A stretch of 64,000 bases of DNA, from contig NC_134027.1 in NCBI RefSeq assembly GCF_964204645.1, positions 2,760,485 to 2,824,484 of the forward strand. Direction: 5' to 3'. Position 1 is the first letter of the stretch, and every line of letters starts with the position of its first letter. Positions 52,261 through 64,000 of this stretch are shown piece by piece. Below the pieces are notes generated by a model. It saw only the letters and a program-made list of their open reading frames with translations. It did no database searches and was not told the origin of the DNA. The DNA comes from Tubulanus polymorphus. Taxonomy: Eukaryota; Animalia; Nemertea. Made by a program: the position numbers and the translations under genes.

Positions 52261-52339
52261 ATTTTGTTGTCTTTTCAGTTTGATTCACACTGGAGGATGA
52301 ATTATCGAGTATAGCGAGATAATACACTCGAGCAAACCA
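52261..52339 (+). other. 3' splice site and 5'UTR portion of the GPCR coding exon (exon starts at 52279), containing uORF MNYRV* at 52297-52314
   Basis: attttgttgtcttttcag|TT polypyrimidine acceptor 61 nt before the ATG; ATG AAT TAT CGA GTA TAG read directly. Confidence 0.7.
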
Positions 52340-53515
52340 ATGATGGATGACACGGCTAATGTTTCATCCCTTACTTCCGGTTTGAACTCTGCCGGCGAGG
52401 TTTCGTATGACGTCATATCTACGACGATGAACACACTTTTAAACAATGGAAGTTTCAACGGATCAAACGTTACCGTAGAAGAACAGAAATCTGGACTAAA
52501 ACTATTTTCGAATTGGTACACGGGCGTACACGGTTACGTCAGTGTAGTGGTATGCGTTTTCGGTATTTTTTCGAATATTCTAAACGTCATAGTATTAACG
52601 CAGAAACACATGATTTCTTCAACAAACTACATACTGATAGCTCTGGCCGTCGCCGATCTGCTGAAAATGATGTCATATCTTCCATACGCGATGTATTTCT
52701 ATATAATCACAGCCCCTTCGGACGCCGCATCGCATCCCAAAGGTTGGATAATTTTCATCCTATGGCACAATGCGTTCGTGATAACTTGTCATACAATAGC
52801 TATGTGGCTAACGGTGGCTTTGGCAGTGTTCCGCTATATCGTGGTATGCCATCACACCCAGGGGCCACGACTTTGTAACTTATATCGTGCCAAAATAACA
52901 ATTGGATCTATAATCGTAGCAACTCTGTTCTTTTGTATACCGCAGTATATGCTACAAGAGATTATTCCAAGTGGTGATGGGTATTGGTTCAAAATTAGTG
53001 CCATAGCGGAAGCTAACAACGGCTTGTTGCAAGGCATCAGTTTCTGGGTGTACGGGGTTTCTATCAAGATCGCCCCTTGTATTGTGCTTACGCTTTTGAG
53101 TGCGCTGCTGATTCGAGCGATGTATATAGCTAACGAGAAACGAGCCCGATTGAAGTCTCAAGGAAAAAGAGCCGAATCTGAACGAACTCATGAACACAAT
53201 CGAACGACCGCCATGTTGGTGGCCGTCGTTTTGTGTTTCGTAATTACCGAACTACCGCAAGGTATTCTGATTCTTATCAGTGGAATACTTGGGAAATGGT
53301 TTTTCGAAGATGTGTACTCAGCTCTGGGCGATTTTATGGATGGTATTGTGCTTATTAACAGCGCTGTAAACTTTATTCTGTACTGCGGTATGAGCAAACA
53401 ATTTCGTGATACGTTCAAATCAGTTTTTCTTCAATCGTGTATCCCACCGCACAACAGTAAGCAAAATGGCCTGGTACACTATAGCACTATAAATACCGAG
53501 TCAACCCGGGTATGA
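52340..53515 (+). CDS. Class A neuropeptide GPCR, myosuppressin receptor (DmsR/dmsr-1)-like or myomodulin receptor-like (sex peptide/FMRFamide receptor-related group), 391 aa, single coding exon
   Basis: Seven hydrophobic segments and N-terminal N-glycosylation sequons (NVS, NGS, NGS, NVT). Family motifs NILNVIVLT, TNYILIALAVADL, HTIAMWLTVALAVFRY, IKIAPC, RTTAMLVAVVLCFVITELPQG and LINSAVNFILYCGMSKQFRDTF match Drosophila DmsR-type HTISIWLTVTLAVWRY, KLIPC, TEFPQG and INFILYCSMSKQFR. Confidence 0.96.
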   Translation: MMDDTANVSSLTSGLNSAGEVSYDVISTTMNTLLNNGSFNGSNVTVEEQKSGLKLFSNWYTGVHGYVSVVVCVFGIFSNILNVIVLTQKHMISSTNYILIALAVADLLKMMSYLPYAMYFYIITAPSDAASHPKGWIIFILWHNAFVITCHTIAMWLTVALAVFRYIVVCHHTQGPRLCNLYRAKITIGSIIVATLFFCIPQYMLQEIIPSGDGYWFKISAIAEANNGLLQGISFWVYGVSIKIAPCIVLTLLSALLIRAMYIANEKRARLKSQGKRAESERTHEHNRTTAMLVAVVLCFVITELPQGILILISGILGKWFFEDVYSALGDFMDGIVLINSAVNFILYCGMSKQFRDTFKSVFLQSCIPPHNSKQNGLVHYSTINTESTRV

Positions 53516-54003
53516 ATGGACATTCGGGTCCGAGAAGACTAGGGCAGAATTTTACCCTTGTTTAGGTCGATGAGTCGACTTAAATGTAGACTATACACAT
53601 AGCAGCAAAAGTGTACATTTTAGGTGGTGCATAAGCTGTGATGGCGTGTAGACGGTCGAAACGCTGCGAGATTTCTTGTTCTTGTTTTTCATACAGATGC
53701 TACTTAAAGCTCCTTTGGTAGTTAAACAAGTAAACTCTGCGCTTAAGTTGTGGTACTTGAGAGATAAGTTTGCTTAAAATGTGGAAGTTAGCTATATTTT
53801 TGTTCGAGAGACTTTCCATATAATCTATTATCTTCATAAGTTGTTAATACTGTGAAAAGCTAATAACTATGGTGGTTGATTTGGCCATAACGTAGAATTC
53901 TTGGTGCAATGACAAGCTTTTTGAAAAAAAATGTTTTGGTTTTGGCGTCCTGACGTCCTCATTTGCGTATCAGGAATTCTACGTTATGGCCCGAATCTAC
54001 TAC

Positions 54004-54009
54004 AATAAA
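54004..54009 (+). terminator. Candidate proximal polyadenylation signal of the GPCR
   Basis: First AATAAA I could find after the stop codon (about 490 nt downstream). Confidence 0.3.
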
Positions 54010-56859
54010 TTACTGATTTACAATATCGTTTGATTCTTCTTAATGAACTGTCTTAAATCTAGTAAATATGTGTCATCAACTAATATCAATAATGACTTTA
54101 AGGTACATAAACGTTGTACCTGAATATTAATTATGATATGTTGTAATATCCAAAAGTCGTTTCATATGATAATACTGTTTATGTTGTGACCCTCTGGGCA
54201 ACATTTGATATATTTATTTGTTAACGGTTGACTGACGAGCGCCACCTTCCCATTTTTTTATGGCACAGATCTCATCCTGAAGGCTGTTCGCGTTTGATGG
54301 AAAAATGAATTTTCAGTTATATCCCGAGGTAAAACAAAGTCTCGCTCTTGTAAATCAAACATGTTTGCTGTTTCTAACCCTGAGACATTTTGTGTCGAAA
54401 GATCTTTTTTCAAAAACAAATAATCAATTCCCCGAATGTATCTACTTGCAATTCATCACGATACGTGGCCAAAATCAGCGACGGGTTAAACATATGTTGC
54501 TGCCGAACAACATATCTTATTAACGAGAGATTTTTTAAAAGGATTTCTCGTTTTCCGAAACAGAGACTTAACTGGTGCTTCATATATACAACTAACAGGT
54601 GTCTTCGATTTCCGATATCGACATTATACGAATTCACCCACTATTTTTGAGATCATTTATTATACGTCAGCCATGCTAGCTAGAAAGTCGCGTTGAGTCC
54701 AACACAAAGAAAGGTCGTCATTAATTTGCTTGTTATTTTATACTGGAAAGCAGCTGGATGGTTCTCACGGTGTGTTGACTAGATGGCATATTCAATCAAG
54801 ACAAAAATCCAACCGCGGCAATCAAATTCATTATTTATCGTCTGCCCCATGTAATATTACAAATCGAATGTCGAATCGTCGTAAAGTTGATCGATAGAAG
54901 ACATAAGTCTGATAAGATCGATTATATTCCTATGATTATCAGCACTTCTAGTATGGATCATTCCCGTATATTAATTACCTCCACTAAGGATGATGTTGAA
55001 GAGTGTGACAATAAATTTATGGTTTTGAACGGCCATGTTTATCATTTCTCCTTAAGATATATCATGGTTTATGCGATAGAGCTTCGACAGTTTGTCTCGC
55101 GATATTTTCGCCTCAGAAACACATTAAATAATCCGCTTGAAATAAACGATTGGTTGCAATCGCCCACATATCGAGATGGGCTTTTTAAGGGGGCAATGAG
55201 AGAAATTTGTGAATTTGCGTAAATGTTTAATGGTTTTGAATGTTTGAACGAATGAATGGAATGTAATATCTCTATTAGCGGCTAAATCCCTTTTAAGTGA
55301 TTATTATAACGCATTACGGTTATTACTATAGGGATATTAGCATTGCTTCGTAGATCAGCTAATTTGCTAAAACCTTGCATATATTTTACGAGTGAATTTC
55401 GCTTCCCGATTTCGATATTTTTTTGCAATTTTCTCATATTATTTCTTCTCAATTTCGGCTCGTATGTGCCACAGTGATTGTTTGGTGCTACTGTATTGTG
55501 ATATTGTATATAGTCTGAATGTCAGTCATGTTGTTACGACGAATCAAATGTATATATGATGTGTGAATGTGAATCGTAAGATTTTTCTGCAATTTTCTAG
55601 TTTCTTTAGTGTATTTGTTCTCTATTATCATTATAATCGTCGAGCTATATCGATTTTATTTCGAAACAAACCGTAGGAATTGAGCAGAATTCCATTAACA
55701 TTTCGGCAATCAGTATTTCGCATTCTGAACAGCACAACATTGAAGCTCTCGTTGAGTATCAAAGTAAATACACTACCACTAAATTCGCTTGTATCTGAAG
55801 CATCCTCCTCGCCTAGCTGTCAAAGGTCTGCCAAATTCATGTTGAATTGGTTCAATTCCGTTTCTTTCTATCTAACGTAATTATTCACCGAGAATCGATA
55901 AGCGTCGCTGAAAGGCTTTTTGAATTTTACTCTCGCAAACGAATCAGAATTTCTTTAATCAAGATGCATTTTGTACGGCGTCTTCAAGTTTTCTGATAAA
56001 TTGACTTTTCATTTCAATATTGTACCGGGGAGAACTTGAATAACGATGGAGTCAGTTGATTGATGATACAAACGGGATTTTGTTATAACCGATTGTAAAA
56101 ACATGTTTCCATTCGGACACTTGTTGATTGGCGCATGTTCTATTATTTAGCGAAGTATTTCCTCTTATGACTCTTAAATGTAGCATAGAAACATAACTCG
56201 ATACAGTTTTCGAGTGCAATTTTAAAAGGATGTGTATATGTACATTTAGGCTCGATCAATTTTTTGTGTTAACCTCAGTTCTTGAATCTGCATGTGTTTG
56301 ACTTACTTTTTCAATTAGAGCCATATCTAATGTGGAGGATGTTGTTGTAACGATTCTAAATCTGGTTCAAAAGTCTTATGATTATGTGAGTGACTTGGAT
56401 CTGAAAGAAGTGTTCATTCGCATATTGCGATATGTGAGTGTTTGGGCTGAATGCTTGTACAGAATCTGAACTACGTACTCTATTTGAGAATGAAATGTCT
56501 GATGATATCATTATTTACTGAATATCATCTTCAAATAACAGTGTAGGTTTATCTCTTAATAGCTTAACAGGTTTCGGTCAGTTACGGGTAAACCCGTCAC
56601 AATCGTGAGAAGTTTTTTTGCGTAAACGGTTTCATTTAATTTCGTGTGCTGGAAGAATGCGAATGATGTGCAAGTGAAAAAGTGAATGTGTGTAATCGTG
56701 GATGTTACGTCCATGGTGTAATTAATGTAATGTTGGACAGCTCGGTTCTGTGTGTATGATTGATATTACAGACACTCATTATTCCGTATAATACGGAATT
56801 ATTGTAACGAATGGTTGATAGATTTCGTTAACTGAACTGCCGTATTTCCCAATTAGCGC

Positions 56860-56865
56860 AATAAA
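56860..56865 (+). terminator. Candidate distal polyadenylation signal of the GPCR
   Basis: AATAAA closing a ~1.6-kb T/GT-rich plus-strand tract, followed by a T-rich downstream element (about 56940-56970). Confidence 0.4.
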
Positions 56866-59800
56866 CCACCACGACCACGACTCCATAAACGTCAAATTCC
56901 TTTGAAAATACATAAAATGTATCTATTCAAAAGTTTGCGAGTTGTTGCTATTTTCATAACTTTTTTCTTTGACCGTGGATGATTTATATTCACCAGACAG
57001 TCGATCTATCGTTGTGGTGTGTTAGTTAACAGGAACAAAGAAGAGACGTTTGCTTTTGTTTTATTGGATGTACTTCTTATCCATCACCAAAACGATCATC
57101 TACTTCATTTCCTCGCGACTTCTCAGACGCGTTGTCAGATACTAAAGACATTTCCGCTCGAACCTCCGCGATAAGCCTTTAAGGACAATAACGGGAAACC
57201 AGTGGATGTGTTCGGACTTTCATTTATCCCGCTTATTGACTTCTAAGATGAAACCCTATTATACGTGACCGTGTATCAAATTAGTCGTTGACCGGAAAAT
57301 GTTTTGTACGTTGAGCCAGGGTAGTCTTTATCTTCGGAACTGGACAACATAATTGTAAGCTTTAAAAACAAGATAAGAATTTACTTGCTGATCAACTTCC
57401 CCGAGCTACCTCCACTAAAGACAAACAATGATTAAGATAGGATACGGCTCCTTTACTTCTGACTATTCATCCACAGTTACGTGCACAGATATATGTATAA
57501 AATGTCAAATGCTAAAAGAATGTGGGCGTACTTCCCCCGATGAGGAGAAGTAGTTCGGATTACATAGTGTGCGATGGAGTGGAATTGTTCAGTTATGTTT
57601 GGCTGTGCTTCACGAACTCATTTAGACAGAATGCATCATTACGAACCTACGGTCATTATGAGAAAAAAAGAATAAATAGAAGTTATTTAAAAAGTATCTA
57701 TAATTTTTCTATCATTTGCGTATAATGGTCCCATTTTCAGAACACTGGCTACTGATACGGACTATTAAGTTGACAACTCGCGTTTGAAGCCGCATGATTC
57801 AGTAATTTCATATAAAGCTATTTTCATGTCGTACGAACGACGATGATTCTGTCATGGGTCTACGACTACGCGATCGAACGACGGCGCGTGAGTCGGCTAA
57901 TTTGGCACAATTGTTGGCGGAGCTAGCAGAAGCTCGTCTGGTTGATGAACTATTCGTGACTGCACAAAATAACACTGCGGTAGCCGTGGACAGCATCTAA
58001 CGTGACTCGACTGTCATTGGTAACGGTTAGGTTTAATTGGACCATCAAACGTGTGACATGTCTTGATTAGGATTGACTATGAAAAAAACCTCTTCGGAAT
58101 GACGGAATTACATGACACAGGAGACGCAGTTAACATTCAGATTGCGCTTAAAGAATGCAAGCTCCTGGTGATTTAGGACAGGAATCTCGAAACTAACGAC
58201 CAACGTTTCTCATCCATTTCCTTAATGTGTGTCTTCTTAGGAGTGCGTTAAGGCAAAACGTCTCCGAGATCGACGCCCTTTGGCCATGAAACCGATAAAA
58301 TGCATTAAAACAACGCAATTTCTGATATTTTGGAAATTGGTAATTGGTGAATTGGTTTTTCAATGGCTATACTGCAGAAATAAAGTTCATACACCTCTTT
58401 TGAAATCTGATAAAAACATATTCCCTGCATGCATTATAGACGTTTATGTATCAACATTTTTATGCTTGGCTTAAATTATGTAAACGCTCTCTAAGTATCA
58501 CGAAGAGCGTGAAATGTGTGTATCTTGCACGACACATCCTGAAACATCTCTTCTGACAAGCGATAATTAATCTTCTAATAGCGGTAAAAATTCTGAATGA
58601 GACTCTGAGAAAAAGTGATTGAAGCGGGTTTGAAACATGCAATAACGGTATGTGACACGTGCAAGCAGCCTGAAGATGAAAGCATTAAATCTTTAATAAG
58701 TTTTTGTCTTGTCATATCTCCGTGTTTAAGCGTTGACTGGCGGCTAATCCTTGTCACTTCAATAAGCCGCGTTTGACAAACTGAATAAACAGAATCCACC
58801 TTTAAGCGACGTATTGACAACCTGCTTATTTATCATCAGGGGAAAGTAGGTAAATATCGACTCGTGGTTGTAATAATTCACATTTTTGTTTTCGGAAATC
58901 TATGCGGGAAGAAATTCGCGCGAACATGCCACAAGTCAAAAGTTCATGGAAAGTATGTATCGACCGATCAGATGTGATGACCAGCGATAAGAACGGACAA
59001 CTGTTAATCTTCCGATAGGTCCATCGATCTTACATTGATTAGTTTCATTTGACAGCCACAGACAAAAACGTCGAAGCTTTTTGGCTAAGCTGTCTTACTT
59101 CATCTTCTTTTCAGCGTCAAGTGGAATATCTGTGTGTTCTAGGTCGGCGAGTCCGGCATTGATATCCGACCTAAACCACTATCTATACAGCTGACATAAT
59201 TCACATAATATTCTTGGTAATACATTTAGTGATACTCAGAAAGATTACAACATGATTATCCTCGATGTCTTCTAATATCATATACAGCCCTGATTATCCA
59301 TTACAGGTTTTGTTTATATGGTTAATTTTTTGCTCAGAGGGACATTACATGATGTAAAAATACCAATTCCTATTGTAAATTACCTGAATATGTCATACGT
59401 ATTTGTAACATGTAAAAACGATGCTTCTAGTAAAATAAATTACAAAACAAAACGATACTTGAAAACGGTTTGTGTGAATTTTTATTCGTTAACTCGTTCC
59501 ATATATCCGTGCGAATATTCAAGCATCGAATTTCCAATATTGTGGAATTTCATTTTTCCAACCGCTGTAGGCCTGTATGAATAACATGGATTCCTAGACG
59601 CTATTGTGAGTTCATCTGATATTTGATTCTATTCGCATGTAAGAAAGCCTTTAGTCGAGGGATTTTAGTAAAACACAGTCAAAATTACTAACATTGTTTG
59701 CTTCTCGTTCGTGGCTGTTCGTAATGATTGTGTCGAATAATAGTCAACATTTTCAAGATTTTCCCAATATCTTTCGTGTATTCATTTAAACTAAATATTT

Positions 59801-62800
59801 ACCTACAAGGCCACATTTTAAATGTGTTTGCCATATTTGAAAACCTCAGAGTTATCCATTCAAAATGTCGCCTACGCAATTAGAAATTTACTTATAGACG
59901 ACAAAAGCTTTCGATGGTGTTTAAATGAGTCAAATTATCTCCTCATCTATCAAACTTTACGTGTAACACGCGGGTAATTACTGCTCTCAACAAGATGACA
60001 CCAAGGTATACTACCCTACATCACAGATTATGTTTCGGATGTCAAGTGCTGTTTAAGATGACTTCATTAGTCGTATCAGTGCAGTAAATTTATGGTTTCT
60101 GCAAACCTGGCTCTTATATTGACAGTTCTAAATCAATTCATGTGACTTTCAATCACGTTTCAATAATTCAACACGCCACAGAAAACCGTCAAGAAGGAAA
60201 CCGATTTGAGTTACGAGAAAGCTCATAAAGAATATTGGTTACGAATCAGATTCTTCGGTCGACAAAAGATGTTAAGACAATATTATGATACAACCTCATA
60301 AAGCTTCGCAACCTGCAACATCATTCATAAACGCAAAAAATACCTAAACGAAAAAAAATAATGTTAGTTATCTAAACGTGGAATGCCTTCCTCACGAAAC
60401 ATACCTCCGTGGACCTGTATCACTGGGTGCAGAAGAATCCTGACATCATTAAACAACCATATTTAGAATTGTTTATTCTATCTGTTTCCAGGACTACGTC
60501 CATAATAATGAATTCTTTCTTATCCCGGAGTTGAAAGTGAAGGAAAAGTTTCCGACGTCGTAGGGTTGACACACACACCTGCCTGGCTGAATAAAAAAAT
60601 ACTGACGTGGGCGACTTGCTGCTAGTACATTTGGCTTTTGCATATTTTCTGTTCCTACGTGACCTTGTAAAAACTCGTACAGTCACAAAGATTTCAATTT
60701 CGATAAAAGCAAAGCTTTCTTCAATGCTCTCTTGGTACTATTATCTAATTATAGAAATACCGAGAACAGAAAATTGCCAGATCCTTGTCTAAGTGACTAT
60801 CAATTTTCGTTTGAAAAGTTCACTCAACGAGTTGACTCAATCTATGTTACCACGTATACTTTTAACAACGATACGGATTCAAGACTTAAGAAGCTTTGAA
60901 GTCACTCGTGTCCCAAATGATTAACGCGCCGCATAAAAAAAACCATGCGACGAAAAAGAACAAAGAATATTCCGTGCGTAGATAAATGGACGTCTGTGAA
61001 CAGATAATCTTGAGACAGGAAAGTAATAATCTGGAAATCTCTGAAGGGTAGGTCGACGAGGACAGCTTTAGGGTCTAACTAACAACGGACGAATAGAGTC
61101 AGATTGTACGCGAACATAATTACATGATTGGCGTAATTTCAAACAGTCAGAGAAACCAGATACGATGCCGTAAAGATTCATGGATTCATGAATTCTGTGG
61201 ATTTCGGAGCGTTCTGGATGCTGATACACTATCCGCCGCGAACATAACCTCCCCCTCGATGCTTCATTCTTGGGTAATCCCCTATAGACAATACATGAAA
61301 AATCGTTATTGCACCTGTCTAAGATTGCAGATAAATTCGGGTTGTTTTTAGCAGTTTATAATCTGTACTCGTCGTGGAGCCAGTCAGATCTAATCGCACT
61401 TTCCAGACTTGATTTTTGTTTTAAAAACAGACGAAGAATATTGTGATAAAATACATGTTAGGTAACTTTGACTCAGCAAGCGACCGATCAAACAAATATT
61501 TGATATATAAGTCCGTGGGATGCTATCGGGACTCCATCGTTAATGGATTTACACCATTAACCAATCTCAGAGACGCCAAACCAGAGTAGTCAGATGATGT
61601 TTGATAAACTAACAAACCAAGTAATGTATATACCATGCTGAGAACACGTATTAATATTGAGTCGAAGTGCACTACGTAATCAATTTTGGCGTTTCAAAAT
61701 AGCCATTACACTGGTGAATTTTGGCGTTTATTTTTCTAGTTCAACATATTTCGTGACTCTTATCTCATTTTTGATAAATTTTGATAATCAATATACGTAT
61801 CGGGGCCGGTCAATTCAATTCAATTTTCGATATACTCGAATCCAAAGTAACTTTATTGATCCGTAACATCATATAATCTATATTATATCATTTGTTGTCG
61901 ACAGTATATTATGTGTCATTTTTCAAGGTGTCAATAAACTTTCAATATAGTTGCCTTGTTATTAATTGGTTTAGATGAACTATAACCAAAACGTTATTTC
62001 TAAGGTAACATACACTGAGCAGAGTTTGATATAAATATGCTTGCGTAATAACCAAGTCACCTTATCGGCTAGTGAGATACGACATCATCTACCTAAATGA
62101 GGTTTCATGGTTGACATGAATCATGTTGTCGTATATCTCCACGCAGCTAAGAAAAGGTAAGATAAGTGGGGGCAAATTTGTCAAAGTTTCACGACACAGC
62201 TGTGCTGGCGACGCTTTTCGCGACCCCCATCAATAATGTCTCCCGATTCAATTATATCTACAATGGATGGCAAGAAGCAATATCTGGTCGTGTGAACATC
62301 GATCACGTGCGCCGGCTGAAATGACTTGATAGCTCCAATTGCTGTTTGATTTAATGCTGTAATTTACCAACTGACTGGAGCACATGCAACTTGTGCGACA
62401 AATAACAGTGGAAAATACATATATTTTATTCATCCTGGGAGAGTTTTACGCCAATCAACTGTTGCTTCTGTCTCTATTCAATCAGTCGGGGTCGTCGTGC
62501 ACTTGCCTTCAACAATTTCCAATCAGTTGCCTAATGATTAATCATGTTGTTGAAATAAATTCTACGTAAATTCGAGAATGCACTCTGCGCATATCGTCTT
62601 CGTCCACAGAATAAAGGCATATTCCAACAAATTGTTTGCCTGGTTAGCGATTTGCGATTTAATCTGAATGCAGGATTTCCAATTTCGAACTAAAAAGAAA
62701 ATGAACAAACGACGCAAATTCTGCGAGTTAAGAATTTAAGCTTTTTAAATCGCGGACGTTTTCGCAGGATGGATCGGATAAACATTTCATTTCATCGATA

Positions 62801-63882
62801 GAGTAAATAATTAATACTCGCTTCGAAGAAAATCTCCTCTGAAAAATAATCTTCGTGGGGAGGTCTTGAATGGAAGAAAATTCCAAATGAGAAATGTGTC
62901 ATCCGTTCGTTACAAAAGGAAATTAAAACACTGTAAGGGCTTGCATAATTCATAGTATATGGACCAAAAATAAAATTCGCTCCAGCGCCATCAGCTCCAC
63001 CGGTCTGCATCGTCTTCTTTCCTGCTCAACAAATAGTAGATAAAAATGATAGATTGGAATAACAGCACTGTAAATCTCGGGTTCAAGTGAAATGAATTAC
63101 CTTTATATGCGTGCAAAACAAAACGAAGATTTCTGTGAATTCTAATTAATACTTCATACGCTTACGAAATACACTACGCGGTGGGAAGGACACGACTTCC
63201 TAAGTGCTAATCACAAGAGTATTTGGACATCAATCATGGAGTTCTCTTATTCGGGGAACACATTAGTCACAATTCGCTGTGTTGACTAGAGCGCAAATTT
63301 CCGAAATGGTTTAATCTTTTATGTCAACGAGTGCCTTCAAATTCCTTCCTCTAGTAACAGATACATCTGCAAGCTGCGTGGTTTTTACTGACCGCAATAT
63401 AAAAACCTTTAAGCGAGAGCAAGAAAACTTGACGACAATTCGATTGACTCGTGACGCAACGAAAAATTGCATTAATGGACTCTATATTCTAAGTTTAGTG
63501 TTCCTTAATAGCAGAATTTATGGCACTTGGAAAAGCTTTCATGAATTCATGTTTATCCTGTTGAGTTGGTCAGTTTTTTTCCAACTAGTCTACATCGTCA
63601 GATACCACGGCTTTGATGCCACGGGCTAGCTTGTGTTACGATTCGTAGAAATGTAAAATGAATCCATTTCTTTCATCGCGAGATTAAAATATCCACCTGA
63701 CACTCGACTCATTAAATTCTCGCTACGTAATACTAACTCGAGGCATCTTCGATGAGCTACGCTTTCCTCGTTCGAATCAGTAGTTAAAGCACTGGGGAGA
63801 TTCTCAGACGTGGTAAACGTGGTATACGACGTTCCGAGTACCTGGTCATATTAATTCGTCATTCCCGGTCGTAAATCAGTTC

Positions 63883-63951
63883 GGGCGGACGCAGAAAACT
63901 CTGTTAGCCTCAGCGTGGTTTAGCACTAACAGGGTTTTCCTGCACCCACCC
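63883..63951. other. Long imperfect GC-rich hairpin (about 25-bp stem)
   Basis: gggcggacgcagaaaactctgttag (63883-63907) pairs with ctaacagggttttcctgcacccaccc (63926-63951). Confidence 0.6.
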
Positions 63952-64000
63952 CTTGGCGTTTGGCCGAGCAGATAATTAGGTCTTCGGTCTCAAGGTTAGG

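Noticed and set aside
52285-53418. Alternative-frame and antisense ORFs overlapping the GPCR
   Set aside because: Shadows of the real CDS.
5955-58840. CTGATGA/CTGAAGA words as possible hammerhead ribozyme cores (e.g. about 5959, 30342, 33793, 47762)
   Set aside because: None that I inspected has a stem II followed by GAAA with closing stems I and III. An Infernal search would be definitive.
1-64000. CRISPR arrays, operons, rRNA, intact tRNA genes, or intact transposase/RT genes
   Set aside because: No regularly spaced repeat-spacer array, long TE ORF or foldable cloverleaf was seen, and the DNA is spliceosomal-intron-containing eukaryotic sequence.

Overview
This is AT-rich eukaryotic (metazoan, invertebrate-like) genomic DNA with GT-AG introns, very low coding density and no obvious CpG depletion by eye; the taxon cannot be fixed from the sequence. 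Two protein-coding genes are well supported, arranged head-to-head about 51 kb apart. (1) On the minus strand at the left edge are three exons (1503-1345, 1259-1005, 910-696) encoding the amino-terminal domain of a kainate-like ionotropic glutamate receptor; the gene runs off the window start and its signal-peptide exon was not securely found. (2) On the plus strand at 52340-53515 is an uninterrupted 391-aa class A neuropeptide GPCR of the myosuppressin receptor (DmsR/dmsr-1; lophotrochozoan myomodulin receptor) group, with a 5'UTR intron, a 5-codon uORF and probably a long 3'UTR. The remainder is non-coding. It holds two diverged L2-type LINE 3' fragments in opposite orientation, a ~300-bp hAT-like MITE, a LINE-like stem-loop plus (ATG)n tail, tRNA/SINE-like B-boxes, an exact 50-bp direct repeat, microsatellites, a long GC-rich hairpin at the right edge and several candidate non-coding first exons. 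Almost all short ORFs in the track look spurious. I found no convincing novel multi-gene system; the findings are modest, testable observations.
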